Source: Alphaproteobacteria bacterium
Lineage (GTDB): Bacteria; Pseudomonadota; Alphaproteobacteria; M2410
Direction of reading: 5' to 3'
DNA: 64,000 nt
NCBI GenBank assembly: GCA_006226305.1
Contig: SBHG01000127.1
Span: forward strand, 1,367-65,366
The first letter of the stretch is position 1. Each line of letters starts with the position of its first letter. A model generated the notes under the pieces. That model worked only from the letters and a program-made list of their open reading frames with translations, had not been told where the DNA came from and did no database searches. A program made the translations under genes and the position numbers. Below are positions 43,066-52,477 of the stretch, piece after piece.

Positions 43066-44280
43066 ATGGCCGGAAAAAATTTTCTCCTCCTTTGTCAGCG
43101 TATCCCCTTCCCTCCCGACAAGGGAGATAAGATCCGTTCGTTCCGGCTTTTGGAACATCTGCAGACCAAAGGACAGGTTCATCTTGGTTGCTTTGTTGAC
43201 GATCCTGTCGACTGGGCCCATGTGGATGTCCTGGAGGAGAAAACCGCGAGCCTGAAGGCGGTCGCCTTGCATCCGCTGATCGCCCGGGCAAGATCGGTTC
43301 AGGCGCTGGCATTTGGCGCTCCCTTGAGCGCGCCGTATTTCTTTTCCCGGGCGCTGCAAAAATGGGTCGACCAGACACTGCAGGACAAACACATCGATAC
43401 CATTGTGATTTTTTCTTCTGCGATGGCGCAATACATCACTCGGCACAACCGCGGTGAGGCTCGCTTTGTCATCGATTATGTGGACGTGGATTCGGACAAA
43501 TGGCGCCAATATGCCCAAAACAAACACGGGCTCGCCCGATGGATCTATGGCCGTGAAGCTAACAGGCTTCTTGCCTTTGACCGTAATTTTGGCGCAGCAG
43601 CAGATTGTTGCAGCTTTGTCTCGAGGCAGGATGCCGACTTGTTTAAAACCTTGGCGCCGGAGCTGGCCTCCAAAACCATCGCGGTTTCAAATGGCATCGA
43701 TACGGATTTCTTTTCACCAGAAGCGACGCAGACACTGCACCGACCCGACTCTTTTCAAGGCGATGGTCCCCACCTCGTCATGACCGGGCATATGGATTAT
43801 TGGCCAAATGTGGAAGGCGCTTTGTGGTTTGCTCAAACCATCTTGCCGCAAGTGCGCGCCCAGTTTCCGGCGGCGCAGTTTCACATTGTCGGCGCCGCGC
43901 CGCGCGCTGACGTAAAGGTCCTTGGCGAGTCCGATCCGCATATTCATGTCACAGGACGCGTGCCCGACATTCGCCCCTATATGGCGGCGGCGGATCTTAT
44001 CGTCGCGCCCATCCGAATCGCGCGGGGCATCCAAAACAAGGTTTTAGAAGGCATGGCCATGGCCAAATGTGTCGTGACCACCGAGGCGGGATTTGAAGGC
44101 ATCGAAGCGGTTGAAGGCGAACACTTGCTGGTGGCGCAGGACAGTGCGGGCTTTGCCGGGCTGATCCAGGAAGCCCTTCGCTCCAAGGAAACAGAGGCGA
44201 TTGGCCAGCGGGCGCGGCAGCATCTTAAAGATCATTATGCCTGGGCGGCGCGCATGGCTGGCTTTGATCCCTATCTCTAA
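43066..44280 (+). CDS. glycosyltransferase family 4, PEP-CTERM/EpsH1 system-associated type
   Basis: The N-terminus MAGKNFLLLCQRIPFPPDKGDKIRSFRLLEHL matches the characteristic P-Y/F-P-P-x-K-G-D-K-I-R start of this family. ATG 43066 is preferred over 43024. Confidence 0.85.
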   Translation: MAGKNFLLLCQRIPFPPDKGDKIRSFRLLEHLQTKGQVHLGCFVDDPVDWAHVDVLEEKTASLKAVALHPLIARARSVQALAFGAPLSAPYFFSRALQKWVDQTLQDKHIDTIVIFSSAMAQYITRHNRGEARFVIDYVDVDSDKWRQYAQNKHGLARWIYGREANRLLAFDRNFGAAADCCSFVSRQDADLFKTLAPELASKTIAVSNGIDTDFFSPEATQTLHRPDSFQGDGPHLVMTGHMDYWPNVEGALWFAQTILPQVRAQFPAAQFHIVGAAPRADVKVLGESDPHIHVTGRVPDIRPYMAAADLIVAPIRIARGIQNKVLEGMAMAKCVVTTEAGFEGIEAVEGEHLLVAQDSAGFAGLIQEALRSKETEAIGQRARQHLKDHYAWAARMAGFDPYL

Positions 44281-45317
44281 CCGATATTGCGAACGATCTT
44301 TGGGCCCAGAAAATTGGCCACCGGCAGCGGTAGATGGCTCCAAAGCTTGACCGCCAGATGGTATTTCGGATTGGCCGGGCTCAGATTTGGCATCTCCTGA
44401 CCTTCCGCCAGAATAAATTCATGCGCGATGGGTTTGGGATCAAACCCCCAGTTCTTCTTAAAGGCATAGGGTCCGGTTCCGACTTTGGAACGTCCGAAGT
44501 CGAAATAGGTCTTTCCCTTGGTGATTGCGCGGCGCATGAGCTGCCAATACATCAGATCGTTGGAACCCAGCCCGCGGGCGGCGGGCAGGGAGCCGGTGTA
44601 ATAGGGCATCACCGTGTCGTTAAAATAAAAAGACAGGACGGCGCTCACAGGTTTGCCTTCGTGGCAAATCGTCAGGATATCGCAGTCAGCGCCAAAGATA
44701 TCAACCAGTGCCTGAAAATAGGTTTTGCCAAAGACCGGCGTGCCCAGATTGCGAACGCTCACCGCATAAAGGTGATGAAAATCATCCACCTTTTCATCCA
44801 TTCGAACCGTCAGTGCTTCATTTTTGAGCGCCTTGCGAACCACGGCGCGTTGCTTGCGCGGTATGAGTTTTAAGGCTTCGTCTTCATCCTCCGGGAGCGG
44901 CCGGCTGAAATTGGCATAAAGGTCCTCACGGGCGGGCAGGTTTTCATTACGGCGGTGAGGCGCGCGATATTCCACATAGGCCGCGCCTGTGTGGCGCATC
45001 AGTTCGCGTGCTTCGGCTTCCAAAATGTCATAGACGTCGCTGGTCAGTCCCAACGGTCCGCCGCCCATACAAAATCCGTTTGAGATCAAGGCATTGCCAA
45101 ACAGACGGCTTTGGATATGGGTGAGCGGCAAAATGCCAACAAGGCGCCCGGCCTCTCGCGCCTCGACGTAGTAGCTTTTGTGCCCAAAGGCGCGGGCGAC
45201 CACGTGGCGCCATCCGCTCAAGTGAAAAAAGCTGCCGCCCTCGGTTTCGCGAACGAAGGCGTCCCATTCAGCATCCGCTTCAGGGGAAAACTCCAGGAGC
45301 GACAGCTCAACACTCAT
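44277..45317 (-). CDS. FemAB family protein, PEP-CTERM system-associated type
   Basis: About 345 aa FemAB/GNAT-fold-like protein. ATG 45317 forms an ATGA overlap with the deacetylase stop. Conserved position in XrtA loci. Confidence 0.8.
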   Translation of the reverse strand: MSVELSLLEFSPEADAEWDAFVRETEGGSFFHLSGWRHVVARAFGHKSYYVEAREAGRLVGILPLTHIQSRLFGNALISNGFCMGGGPLGLTSDVYDILEAEARELMRHTGAAYVEYRAPHRRNENLPAREDLYANFSRPLPEDEDEALKLIPRKQRAVVRKALKNEALTVRMDEKVDDFHHLYAVSVRNLGTPVFGKTYFQALVDIFGADCDILTICHEGKPVSAVLSFYFNDTVMPYYTGSLPAARGLGSNDLMYWQLMRRAITKGKTYFDFGRSKVGTGPYAFKKNWGFDPKPIAHEFILAEGQEMPNLSPANPKYHLAVKLWSHLPLPVANFLGPKIVRNIG

Positions 45318-46234
45318 TGCGCCGCCTCGCCAAAGGCCGGCGTCGACGCGCCGACAAAACACTCATCTACCCGACCCCACTTAAAGTCCCTCAAAAGCCG
45401 TTCGATCTTTGCCTCCATACGCGACAAATTGGTGTAATGGCGTAGGCGCGATTTAAAAGGCACCCCCACCGGGCGCGGCTGGTCGGCGTCGATTTCCCAG
45501 GGATGGCAATAGAACATATAGGGCTGCGCCTCGTTCCTGTTGAGCTGGCGGATCGCGTATTTTGAAAAAGCGTAAGGGAAGATCCGGAAATAACCACCCC
45601 CACCACCCGGCCAAGTGCGCCCGAGCTTGCGTAAGGTGGTCATGGGATACTCAACAATCCCGCATCCGGGATAAGGCCGGAAGGCAAAGCGAGGCGCTTC
45701 GTCCAGCCCGTAAAGATCGTGCGCGATGGGGTAAACGGAGGAAGAGTATTTATACCCCTCTTCCGCCAGAACCTCATATGCCCAGAGCACATCTTCGCGC
45801 ATGGAAAAGGTTGCCGCCCGGTAGCCCTTGACCGGAACACCGCCAAGATCTTCCAGGATCGCCTTGGTGCGCTTTACGTCCGCGCGAAACGCCGCGGCAT
45901 CCTGCTCGAACACACGCGTGTGCTCATACCCATGAGCCGCCAGTTCATGCCCCTCGGCGGCGATGCGTTGGATGGTGCCGGGAGCACGCTCGGCAATCCA
46001 GCCGAGAGTAAAGAAGGTTGCCTTAACATCATACTGGGCAAACAGATCGAGAAGCCGCTCGGTGTTGCGCGCGACCCGGAGCTCCTCGCCCTCCCAGTTT
46101 GAGCGATCATAGGCACTGACAAGAGCCTGAACCTGGAAGTAATCCTCGACGTCAACCGACATGGCATTGCGGATCGGCGTCTTGGCCATTTCCGGCAGGG
46201 GGAGGGGCTGCGGATCAAAGGGGGGATTGATCAT
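45314..46234 (-). CDS. polysaccharide deacetylase, PEP-CTERM-locus subfamily
   Basis: NAMSVDVEDYFQVQA N-terminal motif. NodB-type residues (ELAAHGYEH). Confidence 0.9.
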   Translation of the reverse strand: MINPPFDPQPLPLPEMAKTPIRNAMSVDVEDYFQVQALVSAYDRSNWEGEELRVARNTERLLDLFAQYDVKATFFTLGWIAERAPGTIQRIAAEGHELAAHGYEHTRVFEQDAAAFRADVKRTKAILEDLGGVPVKGYRAATFSMREDVLWAYEVLAEEGYKYSSSVYPIAHDLYGLDEAPRFAFRPYPGCGIVEYPMTTLRKLGRTWPGGGGGYFRIFPYAFSKYAIRQLNRNEAQPYMFYCHPWEIDADQPRPVGVPFKSRLRHYTNLSRMEAKIERLLRDFKWGRVDECFVGASTPAFGEAAQ

Positions 46235-46261
46235 CAGATCAGGTCCTTTTGGGTCGTGCGG

Positions 46262-47473
46262 TCAACTGGCCTTGTGGCGACCACCGAGATAGTCAATCAC
46301 CAGGTGCAAGGCCCGACGCATCAGCTTGCTCTCGTCTTCCTGGCTGACCTCCGGCTCGGCCACATGGCGAATGGTGAGGTCGACAATTTGCGGTTCATCC
46401 AAATCGCTGCGCGAACTCATGGGCGTCACCTCCACGATTTCCGGTTCCCGGTGACGCTCCTCGTCCACATGGGGAACCGGGAAGTCCAGGTCATCGGCCA
46501 AATCGTTTGAAAATTGCGTAGCCGCCACCGCCATTTCCGGCGTCAGGTCCACCTCGGCCTGAAGTTCTTTGGTCAGCCGCGCGATTTCGGCGTCATGATC
46601 CTTTGAGACACGCGATAAGGGCGCCGCGGCGGAAACCGCCGCTTCTCTGTCGAGGACCTGATCCAGCTCCTCCTCCAGCTCTTCAGCCACCGCCAGAACC
46701 ATATCGCGGGTGATGTGGTGGGTTTCTTCCAGATAGGCATAGAGCAGGATACGGGTGCAAAGCGTGTTGATCTTGCGCGGCAGGCCTTCCGTTAAGAGAT
46801 GAATTTCCAACAGGGCTTCATGTTCGAAGGAGGGGTCTTGCTGCCAGCCGACGCATTGCAACCGGTGACAGATATATTCCATGGTTTCCTGAGGTGACAG
46901 GGGCCCCAAATGATAGGAAGCGATCACCCGTTGGCGCAGCTGAGCCAGCTCAGGGCGCGCCAGGGTCTTTCTGAACTGCGGCTGACCCAGCAGGAAACTC
47001 TGAAGGGCCGGCTTGCCGTTGACCAGAAGGTTGGAGAGCATGCGCAGCTCTTCCAAGGCGGTGATCGATAGGTTTTGCGCTTCGTCGACAAATAACAGGC
47101 AGCGGCGACCCTGCCGATAACTGTCCGCGATGAACCGCTCAATGGTGCGGAAGACGGTCGTCTTGTTCTGGCCCTCCTGCGGCAGGCCAAAAGCAGAGGC
47201 CACCATGCGGATCATGTTTTCCTGATCGAGATTGGTGGTCACGATATTGGCCGCGACAAATTTGCGCGAATCCAGAGTGGCCAGAAGGTGTTCTGTAATC
47301 GTGGTTTTGCCGGCCCCGACCTCGCCGGTAATCAGAATAAACCCTTCTCCCTGATCCAGACCGAACTTCAGGTGCGAAATCGCCCGCTTGTGGACCGAAC
47401 TTAAATAAAAGAACCGGTGATCGGGAGACAGGCGGAAGGGGATTCCGCTAAATCTGAAAAACTCGTCATACAT
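46262..47473 (-). CDS. ExeA-like AAA ATPase, XrtA/PEP-CTERM system-associated
   Basis: MYDEFFRFSGIPFRLSPD..., Walker A GEVGAGKTT and Walker B LLFVDEAQNL. About 130 aa acidic C-terminal tail. Confidence 0.85.
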   Translation of the reverse strand: MYDEFFRFSGIPFRLSPDHRFFYLSSVHKRAISHLKFGLDQGEGFILITGEVGAGKTTITEHLLATLDSRKFVAANIVTTNLDQENMIRMVASAFGLPQEGQNKTTVFRTIERFIADSYRQGRRCLLFVDEAQNLSITALEELRMLSNLLVNGKPALQSFLLGQPQFRKTLARPELAQLRQRVIASYHLGPLSPQETMEYICHRLQCVGWQQDPSFEHEALLEIHLLTEGLPRKINTLCTRILLYAYLEETHHITRDMVLAVAEELEEELDQVLDREAAVSAAAPLSRVSKDHDAEIARLTKELQAEVDLTPEMAVAATQFSNDLADDLDFPVPHVDEERHREPEIVEVTPMSSRSDLDEPQIVDLTIRHVAEPEVSQEDESKLMRRALHLVIDYLGGRHKAS

Positions 47474-47502
47474 ACGAAGTGATCACCGGACCTTTTCTTG
47501 CG

Positions 47503-48981
47503 TTACCAGGATGTGGTTACTGACAATACGATGGCGTTTTCCGTCACTTCCATTCCAGTGCCATATTCGTAGCTCTGGTTGACCCCTTGAAGTGAAATAT
47601 AGGCATTTTGCGTCAACGCCATCGCCGCGCCAATTGAGTAGCGCTCGATATCTGTTTCTTGTGCCGGCACATCGGCGTCTTCGTCTGACAGGCCGACACT
47701 GGCGAATGCTTTTAAGCGATCGGAGAAGAGATATTCCATGCGGCCCTGCACCTGAGTAATGGTGTTGTCATTAAGGGCAAACTCAAACTCGCGATCGAGA
47801 TAGGCAAAGCCGAGCTGATAGGAAAAGGCATCCATGTTACCCGATGCCTGAACGCGGGCGCGGCGCTGGATGTAACTGTCATTGACAATGTCAGCCACAA
47901 TATCATCCAAACCGATCAACGCGCCGGTGTCGTCGAAAATGGGCGTGCCGCTCAATTCGACGAATTGACCCGCATCCGTCACCAGGGTGTGGTTATAGCT
48001 CGCGGTCAGGGCAAAACTTTCCCTGAAGGTGTGACTGGCGGCCATGTCGTAAGTTGTGCGATTGTACCGTTGACCGGCTTCGGCCCGGAATGTGGTGCGA
48101 GCGCTTGGCCGCATATCAAATCCGACCCGCCAGAGAGTTTCCTCAATCTCATTGGTGCCATCACCGTTAGTGTCGGCCTGGTCATACCCGACACGGCCGA
48201 TGAGACGGGTCGTCCCGGAAATACCAAAGAAGGCAGAGGCGAGAACATCCAAATCCTCGCGATCATCATCCAATTGACGGGCGCGAACATTCAGGCTCCA
48301 GGTAAAGGGGTCTTGCGAATTTTCAGTGCCAATTCGAAATTGCTCCGTGACGCGGTCGATGTCATTTGGCAGAACGGTCGCCGCGCCAACGTCAGTATCG
48401 CTATAGCTGACGTTGGAAAGTTCAACGCCGGCCAAAAGTTCCATGCTGCCGCCGACAATGGTTTCAATATAGGGCCGCAAGCTCACCGTGGTGACGCGCA
48501 CTTGCTCGCCGCCATAGGTGCGATCTGTTGCGGCGCGAACCGCGTTGCGATTGCGGGCGCGCTCCAGGACCGAACCATTGAGGTCGATATAGAAAAATTC
48601 CGGCGAGACTTCAAAGGTGTTTGTGGCGCGCAGATCATGACGGGTGCCGTCATATTCGTCCGCCGTGTCATATTTGTCGTAAGAGAACTGATAATAGAGC
48701 GCCGATTGTAATCGCGGCGAAGTGGCACGCAATTGCAGACCAAGATCGATGCTCAGGATGGTATCGTCTTCCTCGCCACCATCGGTCAGATAGACATTGT
48801 CGGTTTGCGTAACCTTTAAATCCGCGGTTGGGGTCACTTCGACCTCCACCGCGCGGGCACCCGTCGTAGCCGCAAGCAGCGTCAGACCGGATGCAAGAAC
48901 CAAGCTTCCCAACGAAAGCGTGGTCAGAGATGTCCCCCTCAAAAGGGATGAATTTGAACGATTTTTAGCCCCATTAGCCAT
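47503..48981 (-). CDS. outer-membrane beta-barrel protein, PEP-CTERM-locus-associated
   Basis: Signal peptide ...ATTGARAVEV. Beta-strand-rich, ending ...VTTSW. ATG 48981 overlaps the upstream stop by 8 nt. Confidence 0.7.
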   Translation of the reverse strand: MANGAKNRSNSSLLRGTSLTTLSLGSLVLASGLTLLAATTGARAVEVEVTPTADLKVTQTDNVYLTDGGEEDDTILSIDLGLQLRATSPRLQSALYYQFSYDKYDTADEYDGTRHDLRATNTFEVSPEFFYIDLNGSVLERARNRNAVRAATDRTYGGEQVRVTTVSLRPYIETIVGGSMELLAGVELSNVSYSDTDVGAATVLPNDIDRVTEQFRIGTENSQDPFTWSLNVRARQLDDDREDLDVLASAFFGISGTTRLIGRVGYDQADTNGDGTNEIEETLWRVGFDMRPSARTTFRAEAGQRYNRTTYDMAASHTFRESFALTASYNHTLVTDAGQFVELSGTPIFDDTGALIGLDDIVADIVNDSYIQRRARVQASGNMDAFSYQLGFAYLDREFEFALNDNTITQVQGRMEYLFSDRLKAFASVGLSDEDADVPAQETDIERYSIGAAMALTQNAYISLQGVNQSYEYGTGMEVTENAIVLSVTTSW

Positions 48982-49897
48982 TTGCCTGGCTCCCCTGGTA
49001 ATAATAGGAATAGGCCCCGTAACGCTCGCGGGCCTGTTGTTCCGTGACTTTATTAAGAACAAGGCTAATATTCTCGCAGGAAGAAATCAATGACAGGGCC
49101 TGGGCAATGTCGCGCTGAGAGGTGCGATTGGCCTCCACAACCATGGCAATCTGGCCCACATGAGAGGCCAAAACACTGGCTTCACTGCTCATGAGGACCG
49201 GCGGTGTGTCAACGATGATGACCCGGTCGGAATAGCGGGTGGCCATATCGCTCATCAGGGATTTCATTTGCGGGCTCGACAGCAGCTCGGTCGCCTGGGC
49301 CACATGGTCGCCTGAGGGCAGGATGGTCAGGTTCGGCACATTGGTGCGCACCAGAACATCCGGGATTGTCAGGCTTTCATTGACCAGAAGATCCAAAAAT
49401 CCATATTCGGAGTGAAAACCGAGGCGTTGAGGCACATCCCGGCGCACGACATCGGCATCCACCAACAGCACATTCAGCCCCTTTTCGGAGGCAATACTCA
49501 TGGCCAGATTGATGGCAACAAAGGTCTTGCCCTCATTGGGCTGGGTACTGGTGACCATGATCACGTGGTCGCGCCCGTTGGACTGTGCCTTTGGTTCAAA
49601 GGCATTGAGCAGGAGCGGGCGCTTGATGGCGCGCATCTCTTCGACGATCCGGCTGCGACCGGAATTCGGCGTCACATACCCCTTCTTTTCCATGTCCGTC
49701 AGGTTCAGGTTTGCCATGTTGACGGAACGACGGCCTGTATTGAGCGGAGCGGTGACCGAAGCCTCGGCAGGGCCGAAACCTGACCCGCGAGAGGTTTCCT
49801 GCGCGCGGTTGATGAGATCCATCGGTTTGCGGGTTGAGGCAGGCTTTGCCTCCCTTTCGGCGAAACGCTCTACCAGACTTTTTTTCTTGTCACTCAT
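48974..49897 (-). CDS. BY-kinase-like chain-length determinant tyrosine kinase (EpsG type)
   Basis: Walker A-like TSTQPNEGKTFVAINLA, then LLVDADV and IIVDTPPV. C-terminal tyrosine cluster YGAYSYYYQG. Confidence 0.8.
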   Translation of the reverse strand: MSDKKKSLVERFAEREAKPASTRKPMDLINRAQETSRGSGFGPAEASVTAPLNTGRRSVNMANLNLTDMEKKGYVTPNSGRSRIVEEMRAIKRPLLLNAFEPKAQSNGRDHVIMVTSTQPNEGKTFVAINLAMSIASEKGLNVLLVDADVVRRDVPQRLGFHSEYGFLDLLVNESLTIPDVLVRTNVPNLTILPSGDHVAQATELLSSPQMKSLMSDMATRYSDRVIIVDTPPVLMSSEASVLASHVGQIAMVVEANRTSQRDIAQALSLISSCENISLVLNKVTEQQARERYGAYSYYYQGSQANG

Positions 49898-49939
49898 TTT
49901 ACTTCACCTTGAAAGGAGACAGGCTCCCTACTCCCACTG

Positions 49940-51532
49940 TTATCCGCTTAGTCCGGTAATGTTGATGGCGTCACGTAACCCATCCATATAGGGCAAGAGC
50001 AGCGCGGCAATCACAACGAGACCGACCGGCATGGCAGCCGCGATGAGAAATGTCGTGTTGGACAAAGCTGACTTGGCCTTTGAAGACAGGCTCTCGATCC
50101 GCGATATTGACCCGATCACCGGCAGACCAAATGTCTGGTTGAGCCTGGAGGCGACCGCAAAGGTGTCTTCAAGCTGGGCCCGCAGGAAGCTGGTACCGCC
50201 TCCGGCGCCGAAGGCAAACACCAGCACCATGCCCAAATAGATCAGACGCGGCGGCCCTGACGGCAGCGCCGGGATGACGGGTGGTTCAACGTTTTGATAT
50301 TGCACCGCGTCGGTCCAGGCGTTGCGCTCTGATGTCAGTTTGACGCGCTCGCGACCAGCCAGGATATTTTCGTAAGAGGCCTTGATGACATTGTAATCGC
50401 GGTTGAGCGCCTGCATTTGGGCTTCGATTTCCGGCGCCTTGGTGGCGTTCTTTTGCATCTCTTCATAGACTTCCTGAGCCGTCTTCTTCTTTTGCTCAAG
50501 AATAGATAGCTGCTGGTTGGCGTCGAGCAGTTTCAAGCTGAGCTGCTCATGAACCGGATTGGCCACCTTGGTCGCGTTGACGAAGTTTTCTTCTTCGTTG
50601 TCGCCGGACTTGCCCTCCCGTTCACGTTCATAGCGATCAATCAACCGGGTCAGGCGTTTTTGTGAGGCCACAACATCGGGATGATTTTCGGTATATTGGG
50701 CGAGCAGGTCATCAAGACGCTTGCGCTCTGCCTGGATCTGAGAATAGGTGGAGGAAACCAACTGACCATCGATGAGGATCGGGGGCGCACTTTCCATGGT
50801 ATTGTATTTCGGCGTCTTGCGCAGGTTTGCTTCGAGCTGATCCCGGACCGCGGTGGTTTCGGCGATCTGGAAATCGATCTCCTTGACAGCTTGGGCGGCT
50901 GCGCGCATGCGCTCCACGAAAGTCTTTTCGCCGGACAGGATGCCCAGATGCTCAGCGCGGAACTTGGCCATGCGCTGCTCCGCCTCCGATAATCTTGCCT
51001 CATAATCGGCGATCTGTGTTTTCAGGAAGGACTCCGAACTCTGAATGCTGGTGCGGTTCTGACCGAGATTGCTTTCGGTAAAAACCGTGAGAAGGGCTTG
51101 CACCACGTCGCGCGCGCGCTTGGGGTCGGTATCAACAAATGAAACCTCCAGCACATTAAATTTTGTCAACCGGACCTTGATGCGGCTCTTCAAGCTTTCC
51201 AGCATCTCCTGCTCTTCGGCTTCATTGGTGATCTCAAGATCAAGATCGACGGAACGAGCGACCTGCTGCAGGTTGGGCATGGACAACAGGGTTTCAGTTT
51301 TGGTTTGCAATTGCCGCTGAACATTGGCCTCAACGGTAACCCCTTTGGTCGCCTGGTCCAATGTCGTGTTCGGATCAACCTGAATAACCGCCTTGGATTC
51401 ATACTGGTCCGGCATCAACACAACAAAAGTCGTGCCGATGACCGCAAAGACCCAGACCACCGGAATGCCAATCCAGCGCCAACGCCAGGTCTTTTTCAGC
51501 TGCGCCAAAATTTCAAGATAGGCTTCGTTCAT
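49940..51532 (-). CDS. polysaccharide chain-length determinant (Wzz/PCP, PEP-CTERM-locus type)
   Basis: N- and C-terminal TM helices flank about 400 aa of coiled-coil-rich periplasmic domain. Confidence 0.85.
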   Translation of the reverse strand: MNEAYLEILAQLKKTWRWRWIGIPVVWVFAVIGTTFVVLMPDQYESKAVIQVDPNTTLDQATKGVTVEANVQRQLQTKTETLLSMPNLQQVARSVDLDLEITNEAEEQEMLESLKSRIKVRLTKFNVLEVSFVDTDPKRARDVVQALLTVFTESNLGQNRTSIQSSESFLKTQIADYEARLSEAEQRMAKFRAEHLGILSGEKTFVERMRAAAQAVKEIDFQIAETTAVRDQLEANLRKTPKYNTMESAPPILIDGQLVSSTYSQIQAERKRLDDLLAQYTENHPDVVASQKRLTRLIDRYEREREGKSGDNEEENFVNATKVANPVHEQLSLKLLDANQQLSILEQKKKTAQEVYEEMQKNATKAPEIEAQMQALNRDYNVIKASYENILAGRERVKLTSERNAWTDAVQYQNVEPPVIPALPSGPPRLIYLGMVLVFAFGAGGGTSFLRAQLEDTFAVASRLNQTFGLPVIGSISRIESLSSKAKSALSNTTFLIAAAMPVGLVVIAALLLPYMDGLRDAINITGLSG

Positions 51533-51568
51533 GACCCTTTACCCTTAAGACCTTGAGATCACTGCTCC

Positions 51569-52198
51569 TTAGAACCGTGACTCAGGAATAATCAGAACAT
51601 CACCTGGGTGAAGATCCACATTGGCGCCCACATCGCCGGAGCGCAAAAGATCCGCCAGACGGACGCGGTAGACTTGTTCTTCCTCACCCATCTTGCGAAT
51701 GATGACGGCGCGGTTGCCGTCCGCATAGTCGGTAAGGCCGCCCACTTCGATCATAGCGTCCAGCACTGTCATTCCCTTGCGGTAAGGAAGGGCTTGAGGC
51801 CGGGTTGCCTGGCCAACGATCCGGATCTGCTGGCTGAAAGAACCCGTAAAGCCGGTTACGATAATGGTGACCTGCGGATCCTGAATATAGGTCTTCAAGG
51901 TCTCTTCCATTTCTGTCGCCAGCTGTGTCGGCGATTTACCCGCGGCCAGAATGTCCTCAATCAGCGGAATGGAGATACGTCCATCCGGGCGCACCGGTAC
52001 GGTGGTCGACAGATCCTGGTTTCGCCAGACAAAAACCTGCAAGGTATCGCCCGGGCCAATCTTGTAATCATCATTGGATTGCTCGATCGGCTGATGGGTT
52101 GGCGCGTCCGGATATTTCGACGCACATGCCGAAACAAAAATTGCGGCCAACAGGCTGAGCGCTAAAGCGCCCTTTTTGATCATCCCCTCGCGTATCAT
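51569..52198 (-). CDS. Wza-like polysaccharide export lipoprotein (PEP-CTERM-locus type)
   Basis: Lipobox IFVSAC. YKIGPGDTLQVFVW is the poly-export motif. AAGGAG lies upstream of GTG 52201 / ATG 52198; the ORF track starts at TTG 52243. Confidence 0.85.
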   Translation of the reverse strand: MIREGMIKKGALALSLLAAIFVSACASKYPDAPTHQPIEQSNDDYKIGPGDTLQVFVWRNQDLSTTVPVRPDGRISIPLIEDILAAGKSPTQLATEMEETLKTYIQDPQVTIIVTGFTGSFSQQIRIVGQATRPQALPYRKGMTVLDAMIEVGGLTDYADGNRAVIIRKMGEEEQVYRVRLADLLRSGDVGANVDLHPGDVLIIPESRF

Positions 52199-52387
52199 CA
52201 CGATGTTCACTCCTTTGCGATTAAAGATCGACCCTGATTTCAAGGTGCGATCCCTCTTATGTGTCCTGTCCTCTTTTTAAAGGTACTCGGGTACCCGACA
52301 CCAAAAGGCGCCGCCAGGGCACCGATGTCTTCCTTTCGGACAGATATTTGTCTTCTGCTGTTTCTAACCAATTGCTCGCCTACTATA

Positions 52388-52403
52388 TGCAATTTCGATT
52401 CCG
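52388..52403 (-). promoter_or_regulatory. sigma-54-type -24/-12 promoter candidate
   Basis: Minus strand reads cGGAATcgaaaTTGCA with exact GG-N10-GC spacing. About 190 nt upstream of the export-gene start, at the head of the seven-gene export/assembly operon. Confidence 0.45.
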
Positions 52404-52477
52404 AAATCATGTGTCACGTCACATTTTCTTTCAGGTCGGGGTGGAGGGCGGCGAATTGGGCCCTTTCCGGACCGCAG

